DNA of 32,000 bases from Nostoc sp. PCC 7120 = FACHB-418 (GTDB lineage: Bacteria > Cyanobacteriota > Cyanobacteriia > Cyanobacteriales > Nostocaceae). Location of the stretch: NCBI RefSeq assembly GCF_000009705.1, contig NC_003272.1, positions 2,400,001 to 2,432,000 on the forward strand. Reading direction: 5' to 3'. Both the position numbers and the translations under genes were made by a program. Shown in pieces: positions 1 through 9,115 of the stretch. The stretch's first letter is position 1; every line of letters starts with the position of its first letter. The notes beneath the pieces were generated by a model that had not been told where the DNA came from, did not search any database, and saw nothing but the letters and a program-made list of their open reading frames with translations.

Positions 1-602
1 TTGACTGCATCTGATCCCGTAATTTGCGGTTCTAGATAGTCAATTACTAGCCGAGTTGCATCTGCCGTAATCATATAAATGGGAATTGCCGCTAAACCAC
101 TAACACCTAAACCTCCTGTCACTGCCAAACCTGTCATTAAGGGAATAAATGAGACAGTCTGCTCTTTCCAAAAATCAACAGATTTCCAAGGAGCAAAGGG
201 GTCTGATAAAGGTGAATTTGGCGCTGTTTGAATATTAAGTTGTTGCAAAATACCCAACATCTGCGGTAGTGACAGTTGATGTTCATCAAAGATGACTACC
301 ATGCTGAGAGTTTGCTCATTGGTAGCAACTTCTCTGACACCTTTATAGTGTTTTAAGTGTTGGGTTATTGTTTTGACGTTGGCGCTAAAACTACCATCAG
401 TCGCCTTGATCCGTATGCGTCCATTCGTTGCGTGTACAACCTGCATACCAGTAGCAGAAAGTTGCAATTGGGGATATTCTCCCAATCTACTGCTATTCGT
501 ATTCACTTTTACTTCATCGCTTTGACGCTGATTAGAGGTTAAGTCAGAAGACAGGGTTAGATGCGGACTTAACTCTACACGACTACTAATAGTTTTTGCC
601 AT
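1..602 (-). CDS. 5'-complete, 3'-truncated ORF running off the left edge. It has a soluble N-terminal domain followed by a hydrophobic segment. It may be the N-terminus of a membrane transporter (HMA-like fold without CxxC, as in some P-type ATPases); function is tentative.
   Basis: Not in the supplied ORF track because there is no stop inside the window. ATG at 602-600 on the minus strand; I read all 200 codons down to position 3 and found no stop. It begins MAKTISSRVELSPHLTLSSD, contains QVVHATNGRIRIKATDGSFSANVKTITQHLKHYKGVREV, then the hydrophobic FIPLMTGLAVTGGLGVSGLAAIPIYMI. The + strand ORF 357..542 is its antisense shadow. Confidence 0.6.
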   Translation of the reverse strand, partial: MAKTISSRVELSPHLTLSSDLTSNQRQSDEVKVNTNSSRLGEYPQLQLSATGMQVVHATNGRIRIKATDGSFSANVKTITQHLKHYKGVREVATNEQTLSMVVIFDEHQLSLPQMLGILQQLNIQTAPNSPLSDPFAPWKSVDFWKEQTVSFIPLMTGLAVTGGLGVSGLAAIPIYMITADATRLVIDYLEPQITGSDAV

Positions 603-693
603 TTACTCGATAGCTACACCCGGCTTTCTAGGTTAACAATAGGTTAAGTATACATTAAAAAAACTTGTTGGGTTTAATTCTTAAAAAGAATTT

Positions 694-1233
694 TTATTTT
701 GTATTTTTAGTTACTAATTCTTGGTACTCTTCCTCCGTAATTGTATTTAAATTACTTTCTACGCGGTCTATAAACAGTACACCATCTAAATGATCAAATT
801 CGTGTTGAAATATACGAGCAACAAAATCAGTTAAGGTTTGTTTTTGTAAATTTCCATAACGATCCGTGTATTCGACCTCAATTGCTTGATGCCGAGGAAC
901 CAATCCTCTAATTCCCGGAACACTAAGACAACCTTCCCAACCTTCGACTATCTCTGTCGAATGTCCCACTATCTTAGGGTTGATCATGGCGGTTGGTTCC
1001 ATTTCTGGAGCATGAGGATATCTGGGGTTAGGACGAGAAGCGACGATAAATAAACGATAAGACTGTGCTACTTGAGGAGATGCGATTCCCACGCCGTTAG
1101 CCTTGGCAACTGTGGCAATTAAGTCATCAATTAATTGCTGTATAGTTGCATCATGAATATTTTCCACCCAAGCAGCTTTTTGGCGTAACGTGGGATTGCC
1201 TAATTGAATGATGGGGAGCAATTCGGGATTCAT
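694..1233 (-). CDS. def: Peptide deformylase
   Basis: 179 aa with all three PDF motifs: GVGIASPQ (GxGxAAxQ-like), EGCLSVPG, and QHEFDHLDG (HExxH metal site). Confidence 0.95.
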   Translation of the reverse strand: MNPELLPIIQLGNPTLRQKAAWVENIHDATIQQLIDDLIATVAKANGVGIASPQVAQSYRLFIVASRPNPRYPHAPEMEPTAMINPKIVGHSTEIVEGWEGCLSVPGIRGLVPRHQAIEVEYTDRYGNLQKQTLTDFVARIFQHEFDHLDGVLFIDRVESNLNTITEEEYQELVTKNTK

Positions 1234-1235
1234 TT

Positions 1236-1284
1236 GGGGAATGGGGACTGGGGACTGGGGATTGGGGATTGGGTAATCGGGAAT
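1236..1284. repeat. STRR-type heptamer array, seven units of GGGGA[A/C/T]T-like sequence
   Basis: GGGGAAT GGGGACT GGGGACT GGGGATT GGGGATT GGGTAAT CGGGAAT read directly, immediately upstream of the def start codon. Confidence 0.9.
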
Positions 1285-1428
1285 TGTAATACTCTACGCT
1301 CTGATACTAAGTACATGGTAACAATTTCAGATTTTTTGAGTCATTCGCTTATTAAAAATACGGGGGCTTTACGCTTTACAGCTAGTAATTTTGATTAATC
1401 GTAAACTATACTTAGCTATGGATTTTGA

Positions 1429-1463
1429 CCCCAGTCCCCAGTCCCCAATCCCCAATACCCAAT
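1429..1463. repeat. STRR-type heptamer array in the opposite orientation (five units of CCCCA[G/A]T)
   Basis: CCCCAGT CCCCAGT CCCCAAT CCCCAAT ACCCAAT. This is the reverse complement of the 1236-1284 array family and abuts the stop of the protease gene at 1466. Confidence 0.9.
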
Positions 1464-1465
1464 CC

Positions 1466-2716
1466 CTACCCCTCTCTCCGCGCAGGTAAAGGTGCTGGAC
1501 TGACGTTTACTTGTGTTGTTTGGCCATTGCGTTCTATTTGAATTTGTAAAGGTTGGCCAATTTGGCTATTTTCTACAATTTTTTGGACTTGTTCAACGGT
1601 TGTTACAGATTGATTATTAATGCTTTGAATGATATCTCCTGGTCTAAGTCCAGCATTGGCGGCGGGAGAGCCAGGGACAATACGAACTAGTAAAACGCCT
1701 CTATCTGCTGTAATATTGATGCGATCGCCAAATCTTTCGTTAATTCTTTCCTTAACTTGTGGCGTGAGGGTTGCCATCTGTACACCCAAATAGGGATGAT
1801 CTACCTTACCTTGAGTGATTAATTCCTGAGAGACTTTCTGCACAGTGTTGATAGGAATAGCAAATCCCAAACCTTGAGCGCCTTGGATAATAGCTGTGTT
1901 CATACCAATTACCTGACCGCGAGCATTGAGCAGGGGGCCGCCAGAGTTACCAGGATTAATCGCCGCGTCTGTTTGCAAATAGTCAACGCGCTTATCACTT
2001 GCGCCAATATCACTACCAGAACGACCTGTGGCGCTGATAATTCCTGACGTAACACTATTATTCAAGCCTAGAGGATTACCAATTGCAATAACTGCTTCAC
2101 CTGGTTGTAAAACTTCAGAATTACCGACAGCGACAGTTGGCAAGTTATTAGCGTTTATTTGAATGACGGCTACATCCGTTACCGGGTCTTCACCAAGTAC
2201 CTTACCATCAAAACTCCTACCATCCTTGAGGGTAACTGTTACCTCATCAGCACCATCAACAACATGGGCATTAGTTAAAATTTGACCAGAGGAACTAATA
2301 ATAAAACCTGAACCGCTACCCCTTTCTACTCGCTGTCTTGGTTGTGCTGGCACTCCATCTCCGAAAAAGCGGCGGAAAAAAGGATCATTAAATTCATTTG
2401 GAACCCTGGAAGTTACTGTTCTGGCAGAATCAATCCGAACTACAGCCCCTCCCACTTTTTGTACTACTCCGACGACAAAATTAGGGTCGCCGGTGGATGA
2501 AAAAATAGCTGGAGGGACAATTGCTGGACTATTATCATTAGACTGGGGCTGAGATTGATTGGCTTGGGATTGTATTGTCCTTGTGGGTAGAAAGGAGCAG
2601 CTTCCTAGAAACATAGCTGTTACCCCACCCAGCAGCATCAAAATCGCACTACTGCCCCCCTTGTGGGGCAAACTCGAAGTATGAATCTTGTTTGCTTCGC
2701 CATTATATGTCTTCAT
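1466..2716 (-). CDS. HtrA/DegP-family periplasmic serine protease with a C-terminal PDZ domain
   Basis: 416 aa. N-terminal hydrophobic anchor ([17 protein letters not shown]). Trypsin-like triad context TNAHVV / DVAVIQI / [11 protein letters not shown]-like [24 protein letters not shown]. Confidence 0.92.
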   Translation of the reverse strand: MKTYNGEANKIHTSSLPHKGGSSAILMLLGGVTAMFLGSCSFLPTRTIQSQANQSQPQSNDNSPAIVPPAIFSSTGDPNFVVGVVQKVGGAVVRIDSARTVTSRVPNEFNDPFFRRFFGDGVPAQPRQRVERGSGSGFIISSSGQILTNAHVVDGADEVTVTLKDGRSFDGKVLGEDPVTDVAVIQINANNLPTVAVGNSEVLQPGEAVIAIGNPLGLNNSVTSGIISATGRSGSDIGASDKRVDYLQTDAAINPGNSGGPLLNARGQVIGMNTAIIQGAQGLGFAIPINTVQKVSQELITQGKVDHPYLGVQMATLTPQVKERINERFGDRINITADRGVLLVRIVPGSPAANAGLRPGDIIQSINNQSVTTVEQVQKIVENSQIGQPLQIQIERNGQTTQVNVSPAPLPARREG

Positions 2717-3017
2717 GTGTCTTTGTTTCTCCGTGTTGGTCAGTGAGTGCTAGGATGTTGCCTACTGGGTTTGTCTGAACTTGATTCGGACTTATGCAAC
2801 AAGACTCTTTGCGTGGGAAAAGTGTAAGGGTGTAAGGTATTTGAACACTTATAACCTTATATCCCTACACCTCACCCCAACTTTAAATTTCTCGTCTTCA
2901 TGCGTAAGTCCCAACATGATTACAACTCAAAAGCTGGTTCCAGGTCTAGAGCGTCTGAATGCTAAGTTGGTGCTTGCTTATATCTTCTATTGTGACGATT
3001 AGCAGCAAAGGTGGTAA

Positions 3018-4397
3018 ATGATGGAAATGCCCATTGACAATTTATGGAGTCAGGTACTAGAGCGTCTACAGATAGAACTATCTCGCCCCACCTTTGAAAC
3101 TTGGATTAAAACTGCTAATGCAGAACGCTTAGAAAATAATTGTCTGGTAATAATTACACCTAACCCTTTCGCGCGTAATTGGTTACAGAAGTATTACATC
3201 TCTACTATTGCTAATGTCGTACAAAGTATTTTGGGACATCCCGTAGAAATTTACATTACAGTGGCTAAAGGCGAAGAATTTGAGGAAATTGGTGGGGGTG
3301 GAGAGTGGGAACTACCAACTACAAATATTATCAACGAAACTCCGAATCAAAACAGACAACCGAATACAGAATTAAATGCCAAGTATGTATTTTCGCGGTT
3401 TGTCGTCGGAGCTAATAATCGGATGGCTCATGCAGCCTCTCTAGCTGTAGCGGAATCTCCGGGGAGAGAGTTTAATCCTTTATTTTTATGTGGTGGTGTA
3501 GGACTGGGAAAAACTCATCTCATGCAGGCAATAGGGCATTACCGTTGGGAAATTTGCCCAAATTCTAAGATATTTTACGTTTCTACCGAGCAATTTACAA
3601 ATGATCTCATCACAGCTATTCGTAACGACAGTATGCAGAGTTTCCGAGAACATTATCGAGCTGCTGATGTGTTGTTAGTAGATGATATTCAATTTATTGA
3701 GGGTAAGGAATACACCCAAGAAGAATTTTTCCATACTTTTAATACATTGCATGAGGCAGGTAAGCAAGTAGTGATTGCTTCTGACCGTCCACCAAATCAG
3801 ATTCCTAGCCTGCAAGAGCGTTTGTGTTCGCGGTTCTCGATGGGTTTGATTGCAGATATTCAAGCACCGGATTTAGAAACGAGAATGGCGATTTTGCAGA
3901 AAAAATCAGAGTACGAAAAAATCCGTCTACCTCGTGATGTCATTGAGTATATTGCTACTAACTTTACTTCTAATATTCGGGAGTTGGAAGGGGCTTTAAC
4001 TAGAGCGCTAGCGTACATTTCCATTTGGGGTTTACCCATGACTGTTGCCAATCTTGCACCAGTGTTAGTGACACCAATGGAGAAAATAGAAGCTACCCCT
4101 GAGGCCATTCTCACGGTGATTGCTGACAATTTTGATATCTCAATTGAAGACCTGAAAAGTAACTCCCGGCGGCGGGAAATTAGCTGGGCGCGCCAAATCG
4201 GGATGTATCTCATGCGCCAACATACCGATTTAAGTTTCCCTAGAATTGGTGAGGAGTTTGGCGGTAAAGATCACACAACGGTGTTATATAGTTGTGACAA
4301 GATTGCTCAATTAGTAGAAAGCGATCGCGGTTTATCTCAAACTTTACGTCAATTGAGCGATCGCATCAAGATGAATAGCCGTTCTCGAAAACCATGA
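3018..4397 (+). CDS. dnaA: Chromosomal replication initiator protein DnaA
   Basis: 459 aa. AAA+ Walker [11 protein letters not shown], Walker [10 protein letters not shown]-terminal DNA-binding helix region [22 protein letters not shown] lies just upstream of the ATG cluster at 3018/3021/3027, so the exact start is ambiguous. Confidence 0.97.
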   Translation: MMEMPIDNLWSQVLERLQIELSRPTFETWIKTANAERLENNCLVIITPNPFARNWLQKYYISTIANVVQSILGHPVEIYITVAKGEEFEEIGGGGEWELPTTNIINETPNQNRQPNTELNAKYVFSRFVVGANNRMAHAASLAVAESPGREFNPLFLCGGVGLGKTHLMQAIGHYRWEICPNSKIFYVSTEQFTNDLITAIRNDSMQSFREHYRAADVLLVDDIQFIEGKEYTQEEFFHTFNTLHEAGKQVVIASDRPPNQIPSLQERLCSRFSMGLIADIQAPDLETRMAILQKKSEYEKIRLPRDVIEYIATNFTSNIRELEGALTRALAYISIWGLPMTVANLAPVLVTPMEKIEATPEAILTVIADNFDISIEDLKSNSRRREISWARQIGMYLMRQHTDLSFPRIGEEFGGKDHTTVLYSCDKIAQLVESDRGLSQTLRQLSDRIKMNSRSRKP

Positions 4398-4811
4398 TCA
4401 TAAAAATTCGACGTTTTCCACAGCCTCGCTTCAATTAATGATTTGAAAATATTAAAAATTGTATAAAGCTAGATTAAATTTAAATCTTGCCTGTGGAAAA
4501 ATAGCTGTTTTTTGTGGAAAACTTGACACTTTATGAGCAAAGATTAGCTTAAGTATAATTACCCTGTGGAAAAGAGGAAGGGTTTTTCCACAAGTTTTCC
4601 ACAGATTTAAATAGGCTGTAGACAAAGAAAACTCTTTTATATTTGGTTGTAGGATTTTCCTGTAAATGCCTGTATTAAAATGAAACCCGCTAGAAAAACA
4701 GTTAAAAAGGTGCAAATTCAGATAAGATTTTATACCACTCACTGTTTTAAAATTAAGACTACAAACTACTTTTCTTAATTTTCAATTTCCACTCCCCATT
4801 CCCCACTCCCC
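4398..4811. promoter_or_regulatory. Candidate chromosomal origin of replication (oriC) in the dnaA-dnaN spacer
   Basis: Six perfect cyanobacterial-type DnaA boxes TTTTCCACA: + orientation at 4413-4421, 4584-4592 and 4595-4603; reverse orientation (TGTGGAAAA) at 4492-4500, 4513-4521 and 4565-4573. An AT-rich stretch at about 4433-4488 could be the unwinding element. The position between dnaA and dnaN is classical. Confidence 0.85.
4789..4811. repeat. Short STRR-like heptamer run (CCCCACT/CCCCATT) directly in front of the dnaN ATG
   Basis: ccactccccattccccactcccc read at 4789-4811. Confidence 0.7.
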
Positions 4812-5975
4812 ATGAAATTAGTTTGCGCCCAAAGCGACCTCAGTACAAACCTTTCCCTCGTCAATCGTGCTGTACCATCACGACCGACTCATCCAGTACT
4901 TGCTAACGTGCTGTTGCAAGCGGATGCTGAAACTAATCAAGTAAGCTTAACAGCCTTTGATCTTAGCTTGGGTATCCGTACTAGTTTTAATGCTGACGTA
5001 TGGCAAAGTGGAGCGATCGCACTTCCTGCTAAATTATTGGTAGATATCACCTCACGTCTGCCAGAGGGAGAAATTACCCTAGATGATGAATCAGCCACCG
5101 ACGGTACAGCAACCGGAGAAGGTTTAATAGTTAGCCTGACCCCAAAAACCGGAAAGTACCAATTACGAGCAATGGGAGCGGGAGAGTTTCCCGAATTACC
5201 CCTAATTGAGAACACCACAGCTATTTATCTCACAGCTACTTCCTTAATTGAAGGATTGCGGGGTTCATTATTTGCTACTAGTGGCGACGAAACTAAGCAA
5301 GTCCTCACAGGAGTACATCTGACAGTTAAACAAGATACCTTGGAATTTGCCGCTACTGATGGGCATCGTCTAGCCGTAGTCGAAACCACTAATGAGCGTC
5401 CCTTAGAAGATAACGACCAGCAATTAGAGGTAACAGTACCAGCTAGAGCCTTACGCGAACTAGAAAGGATGTTGGCTCATAATGCCGCCTCTGAGGAACC
5501 CATAGCGTTATATTTAGACCAAGGTCAAGTCGTCTTTGCATGGCAAAACCAACGCCTAACTAGTCGCACATTAGAAGGTCAATACCCAGCTTATCGCCAA
5601 CTTATTCCCCGCCAATTTGAGCGACAAGTGACCATTGAACGCCGACAATTCTTAAGCACATTAGAAAGAATTGCTGTACTAGCAGACCAGAAAAATAATA
5701 TCGTCAAGCTAACTATTGATAGTACTGCCCAAGAGCTGACCTTATCTTGTGAAGCTCAAGAAATGGGCAGTGGGAGAGAGTCGATGAATGCGGAAATTGC
5801 TGGGGAAGATATAGAAATTGCTTTTAATGTCAAATACTTAATGGAAGGACTCAAAGCCTTACCATCCCCAGAAATTCAAATGCACATCAACCAAAATCTA
5901 ACTCCAGTAATTTTCACTCCCCTGGGTGGTTTGAAGATGACTTATTTGGCTATGCCGGTGCAATTAAGAAATTAA
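4812..5975 (+). CDS. dnaN: DNA polymerase III beta sliding clamp
   Basis: 387 aa. N-terminus MKLVCAQSDLSTNLSLVNRAVPSRPTHPVLANVLL and three-domain length are typical of DnaN. It sits directly downstream of dnaA/oriC. Confidence 0.95.
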   Translation: MKLVCAQSDLSTNLSLVNRAVPSRPTHPVLANVLLQADAETNQVSLTAFDLSLGIRTSFNADVWQSGAIALPAKLLVDITSRLPEGEITLDDESATDGTATGEGLIVSLTPKTGKYQLRAMGAGEFPELPLIENTTAIYLTATSLIEGLRGSLFATSGDETKQVLTGVHLTVKQDTLEFAATDGHRLAVVETTNERPLEDNDQQLEVTVPARALRELERMLAHNAASEEPIALYLDQGQVVFAWQNQRLTSRTLEGQYPAYRQLIPRQFERQVTIERRQFLSTLERIAVLADQKNNIVKLTIDSTAQELTLSCEAQEMGSGRESMNAEIAGEDIEIAFNVKYLMEGLKALPSPEIQMHINQNLTPVIFTPLGGLKMTYLAMPVQLRN

Positions 5976-5983
5976 CTAATTGT

Positions 5984-6069
5984 GGGGAATGGGTAATGGG
6001 TAATGGGTAATGGGTAATGAAAGAGAAGTTAATTTGTCCCCAATCACCAATTACCAATCACCAATCACC
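5984..6069. repeat. Inverted STRR heptamer arrays forming a long imperfect hairpin between convergent genes
   Basis: GGGGAAT + 4x GGGTAAT (5984-6018), a 19-nt spacer, then CCCCAAT CACCAAT TACCAAT CACCAAT CACC (6038-6069). It lies between the dnaN stop (5975) and the permease stop (6078), so it may act as a bidirectional terminator. Confidence 0.8.
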
Positions 6070-6077
6070 TAGCTAAT

Positions 6078-7019
6078 TTAAGACAATCGAGGATCAAGGG
6101 CATCCCGTAAACCATCACCTATATAGTTAATACTCAGCACAGTCAGAAATATGGCCGTCCCTGGAAAAACCACCATATAGGGCGCAAACTCCAAAAAGTT
6201 TTGTGCATCGTAAAGCATCCGCCCCCAAGTCGGGACATCAGGAGGAAAGCCCAGACCAAAAAAGCTGAGTGTAGATTCCGTGACGATGGCGGTACTCACA
6301 GAGAGAGTCGCTGCTACCAATACCGGACTGATGACATTTGGCAAAATATGAATCCAGATTAACCGTCTGGGGGAAGCACCGAGGGCGCGGGCGGCTGTGA
6401 CAAATTCCTGTTCGCGCACAGTTAAAAACCCAGCCCTAACTAACCTAGCGACAGACATCCAGTTGAGTCCGCCGATAACTAGCACGACTAAGACAAATAT
6501 ACCTAGTTCTGGGCCAGCGATCGCCTTGATGGCATCCCGAAACAAGAATATCACCAATAACAATAAGGGTAGGCGCGGTAAAGCCAAACACAAATCAGTT
6601 AACCGCATCAATACCACATCCAACCAACCGCCATAAAATCCTGAAAGTGCGCCGATGAGTATCCCCAACGTTATCGCCACCACCATCGAAAACACACCCA
6701 CAGCAATTGATATTCTGCCACCGTACAAAATCCTGGCTAATATATCTTGACCCAAATCATTAGTCCCAAATGGATGTTCCCAACTAGGTGGTAGGGTGGA
6801 CTTAGCAAAATCAATTTTATTGATAGGGACAGAGTAAATCAAAGGCCCAAACACAACACTCAAAACGATAATCAGTAATACCACAGCACCCAACATAGCC
6901 TGACGATTACCGCGAAACTTTCGCCATGCTTCTTGAGTGAGGCTTTCTTGCCCAGCGATAGTACTTATAATTGGTACTTCGGGTATTGTGGAAGTGCGAT
7001 TTAGCCAACGTTTTAACAT
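6078..7019 (-). CDS. ABC transporter permease, DppC/OppC-like (peptide/nickel family)
   Basis: 313 aa, multi-TM. N-terminal segment HPFGTNDLGQDILARILYGGRISI is typical of the DppC/OppC class. It is adjacent to a DppB-like partner. Confidence 0.85.
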   Translation of the reverse strand: MLKRWLNRTSTIPEVPIISTIAGQESLTQEAWRKFRGNRQAMLGAVVLLIIVLSVVFGPLIYSVPINKIDFAKSTLPPSWEHPFGTNDLGQDILARILYGGRISIAVGVFSMVVAITLGILIGALSGFYGGWLDVVLMRLTDLCLALPRLPLLLLVIFLFRDAIKAIAGPELGIFVLVVLVIGGLNWMSVARLVRAGFLTVREQEFVTAARALGASPRRLIWIHILPNVISPVLVAATLSVSTAIVTESTLSFFGLGFPPDVPTWGRMLYDAQNFLEFAPYMVVFPGTAIFLTVLSINYIGDGLRDALDPRLS

Positions 7020-7022
7020 AAA

Positions 7023-7985
7023 TTATTTTGTATATTTAACGCGAGGATCTAAGAAACCATAGAGAATATCGGCAACCAGATTAAAAATCACAATTAAAAT
7101 TGCATATATAAAGGTAATTGCCATCACCACTGGCGTGTCATTTTTATAAATAGAGTCAATTAATAAAGCACCAATACCAGGAACACGAAAAACTTTTTCT
7201 GTTACCAAAGCACCTGTAAACACACTAGGAATATCCAATGCTATTAATGTGACTACAGGAATTAACGCATTTCGTAAAATATGCCGTCGAATAACTACAA
7301 ATTTGGATAATCCTTTTGCATAAGCTGTCCGAACATAATCTTGGTGAATATTTTCCAAAATTTCTGAACGGACAAAGCGCATTAGCATAGCTGTTTGCCA
7401 AAGTGCTAACACCGAAATTGGCATAATAGATTGTTGGATTTGGGCTATAAAACTCTGCCAATCTTTTACTTGTAATGTACTGTTATAAATAAAGGGTAAC
7501 CATTTCAATTGAATACTAAAGATAATAATAAATAGTAACCCTGTGAAAAAAGTTGGCAGAGAAAATCCGAAAAATACTAAAGTAGTTAAAACATGATCAA
7601 TTATTGTATGGCGCTTGAGGGCAGAAATCACACCCAAAGGAATAGCCAAAATTGCACCTAGTAAATAAGCAGCACCAACTACCCATAATGTTGTCGGTAG
7701 ACGTTGCAGAATTAAATCAATTACAGGACTGCGACTAGTGAAAGAATAGCCCATATCCCCACGCACAAAAGCTATCACCCACTTGATATAACGAATATGA
7801 ATTGGTTGGTCTAATCCTAAAGACCTTTTGATATTTTCCCGCACCTCTGCCGTGATGGAAGGATTCAGGGCAAATTCACCCATTGGATCACCAGGGGCTA
7901 ATGCCAAAATAGTAAATATAACCAGACTAATAGCAATTAGTGTGGGGATAGCAACTAGTAGACGATTAATTAAATATTTATTCAT
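7023..7985 (-). CDS. ABC transporter permease, DppB/OppB-like
   Basis: The track ORF extends to 8081, but the internal ATG at 7985 gives the canonical DppB-type N-terminus MNKYLINRLLVAIPTLIAISLVIFTILALAPGDP and removes the overlap with the methyltransferase gene. Multi-TM throughout. Confidence 0.85.
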   Translation of the reverse strand: MNKYLINRLLVAIPTLIAISLVIFTILALAPGDPMGEFALNPSITAEVRENIKRSLGLDQPIHIRYIKWVIAFVRGDMGYSFTSRSPVIDLILQRLPTTLWVVGAAYLLGAILAIPLGVISALKRHTIIDHVLTTLVFFGFSLPTFFTGLLFIIIFSIQLKWLPFIYNSTLQVKDWQSFIAQIQQSIMPISVLALWQTAMLMRFVRSEILENIHQDYVRTAYAKGLSKFVVIRRHILRNALIPVVTLIALDIPSVFTGALVTEKVFRVPGIGALLIDSIYKNDTPVVMAITFIYAILIVIFNLVADILYGFLDPRVKYTK

Positions 7986-8035
7986 TTTTGAGGCAAAATC
8001 TGTCTTACCTGTTAACTTATGACTCAGCACTAACT

Positions 8036-8755
8036 TTATTTCACCCAACCGCCAAAAACGGCTAAACCATAATATTTCCAAGGTACTGCTACCGTTGTAA
8101 ATCCAGATTTTGTCAACATTTGCAAATGGGTATCTAAAGTAGCAAGTTGGTCTGGATTGGAGTATCCTTGGGGGCTACTATCGCCAACTTTAGCGCGGAC
8201 TTCTGTAAAATTGCTTCCCTGTTCACTTACCCATTCTTCTCGTGCTGCTTGGTAAATTTCCGCAAGGGTGGGTGATTCTGGTAAGATGGGGTCTGCATTC
8301 CAGAAACAACCGTTTGGTGTCAGACTAGCAGCGATGCGCTGAAATAGCTGTAACTTCATTTCATCATAGAGATGGTGAATGGCTAGGGATGATACACAAG
8401 CATCAAATTCATTACCAATATTCAACGTCTCAGGATTGATAGCCCAGTCGCCAAAGTCAGCTTGTAAACCAGTCCAACGTTCTTTATACCCAGATGCGAC
8501 GATTTTATTTTGGGCAAATTTCAGCATTCGGGGTGAATAATCCAAAGCAATGACTTGAGCATCAGGACAGCGTTGGAGTATTTTGAGACTAAGTTCGCCT
8601 GTACCACAACCTAAGTCTAAAATGCGACGACTTGTCAAAGGCAGACAACGACAGATTACCTCCAGCATTTCATCATAGCGAGGTAATAATTGGCGAATCC
8701 CAGTGTCAAAATCAGCAGTATTAGCGAAGACTTCTCCAGGGAATAACTTTGACAT
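8036..8755 (-). CDS. Class I SAM-dependent methyltransferase
   Basis: 239 aa. Motif I ILDLGCGTGELS, followed by VIALDYSPRML and a downstream acidic loop. Substrate unknown. Confidence 0.85.
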   Translation of the reverse strand: MSKLFPGEVFANTADFDTGIRQLLPRYDEMLEVICRCLPLTSRRILDLGCGTGELSLKILQRCPDAQVIALDYSPRMLKFAQNKIVASGYKERWTGLQADFGDWAINPETLNIGNEFDACVSSLAIHHLYDEMKLQLFQRIAASLTPNGCFWNADPILPESPTLAEIYQAAREEWVSEQGSNFTEVRAKVGDSSPQGYSNPDQLATLDTHLQMLTKSGFTTVAVPWKYYGLAVFGGWVK

Positions 8756-8850
8756 ATTAATTGTTGGGTTAAGGGAAGATGCAGAAAAAAGATGATTCTA
8801 GTTTATCTTGCTAATTTAGTACAGCTTTATCTAAAATCATTGTGTTTTTA

Positions 8851-8990
8851 AACGCAGAGGTATGTAAGGTTAAGCGCGGTGAACCATCGCGGCGGGAGGG
8901 TTTCCCTCTCTTACGAGACGCTTACGCGAACCGCAGGCGACTGGTGAACCCGTTGGCGCAGCCTCTTGTAGAGAAGGGAGGTACGCTGAG
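8851..8990. repeat. GC-rich structured intergenic element (dispersed-repeat/MITE-like); not coding
   Basis: An abrupt GC-rich island in an AT-rich divergent promoter region. It starts AACGCAGAGG, like the element at 16697. Internal repeats GGTGAACC (8878-8885, 8943-8950), CTTACG x2, and short hairpins such as CGCG-gtgaaccat-CGCG. The track ORF 8842..9039 only reads through it. Confidence 0.4.
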
Positions 8991-9115
8991 TTTTCTTAAG
9001 AGGAGTTGCTACGAACTTACAAAGTGTGTACTTAGTTAGCACACATAGAGATTGTTTATTCCCAATCCCCAATCCCCTGATATGCTTATTTGCAGTGAGT
9101 TAAATTTGCAGAAAA

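Noticed and set aside
357-542. 61-aa + strand track ORF
   Set aside because: It lies antisense inside the 200-codon open minus-strand frame (1-602), which has a protein-like sequence. I treat it as a shadow ORF.
1204-1398. 64-aa + strand ORF
   Set aside because: It reads through the GGGGAxT heptamer array (GNGDWGLGIGDW...), so it is a translation artefact of the repeats.
2781-3002. 73-aa ORF upstream of dnaA
   Set aside because: It has no motif, sits in the promoter/5' region of dnaA, and has low-complexity composition. I also looked here for DnaA boxes and found only an imperfect cgtgggaaaa.
3675-4213. Two minus-strand ORFs (62 and 117 aa) inside dnaA. Similar antisense ORFs occur inside dnaN (4937..5218), the permeases (6397..6636, 7225..7461, 7828..8022), the ABC genes (13963..14217, 14500..14682, 15080..15280, 16061..16303, 16916..17104, 17615..17884), HlyD (19900..20085), the rSAMs (22222..22473, 28009..28203, 28258..28443, 29227..29418), lanM (23541..23744, 24846..25100, 25288..25470) and the HExxH gene (31696..31935).
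   Set aside because: All are embedded in or overlap strongly supported CDSs on the opposite strand or in another frame, and none has a recognisable motif.
4452-4742. 96-aa minus-strand ORF in the dnaA-dnaN spacer
   Set aside because: It covers five of the six DnaA boxes (the sixth, at 4413-4421, lies just outside it) and the AT-rich region. The sequence (..FPQKTAIFPQ..) is just translated DnaA boxes.
5984-6069. Heptamer arrays (here and at 1236-1463, 16785-16816) as possible CRISPR arrays
   Set aside because: The units are 7 nt and contiguous, without spacers. They are STRR-type microsatellite-like repeats, not CRISPR.
7986-8081. N-terminal extensions of track ORFs: 7986-8081, 9447-9575, 11482-11601, 29302-29340, 29730-29759, 30937-30948 and 20528-20536
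   Set aside because: Internal ATGs give canonical family N-termini and/or remove overlaps with neighbouring genes. Several of the track starts are TTG/GTG codons.
8842-9039. 65-aa ORF (..GEPSRREGFPLLRDAYANRRRLVNPLAQ..)
   Set aside because: It is a read-through of the GC-rich repeat element. The Arg/Pro/Gly-rich low-complexity translation is typical of such repeats.
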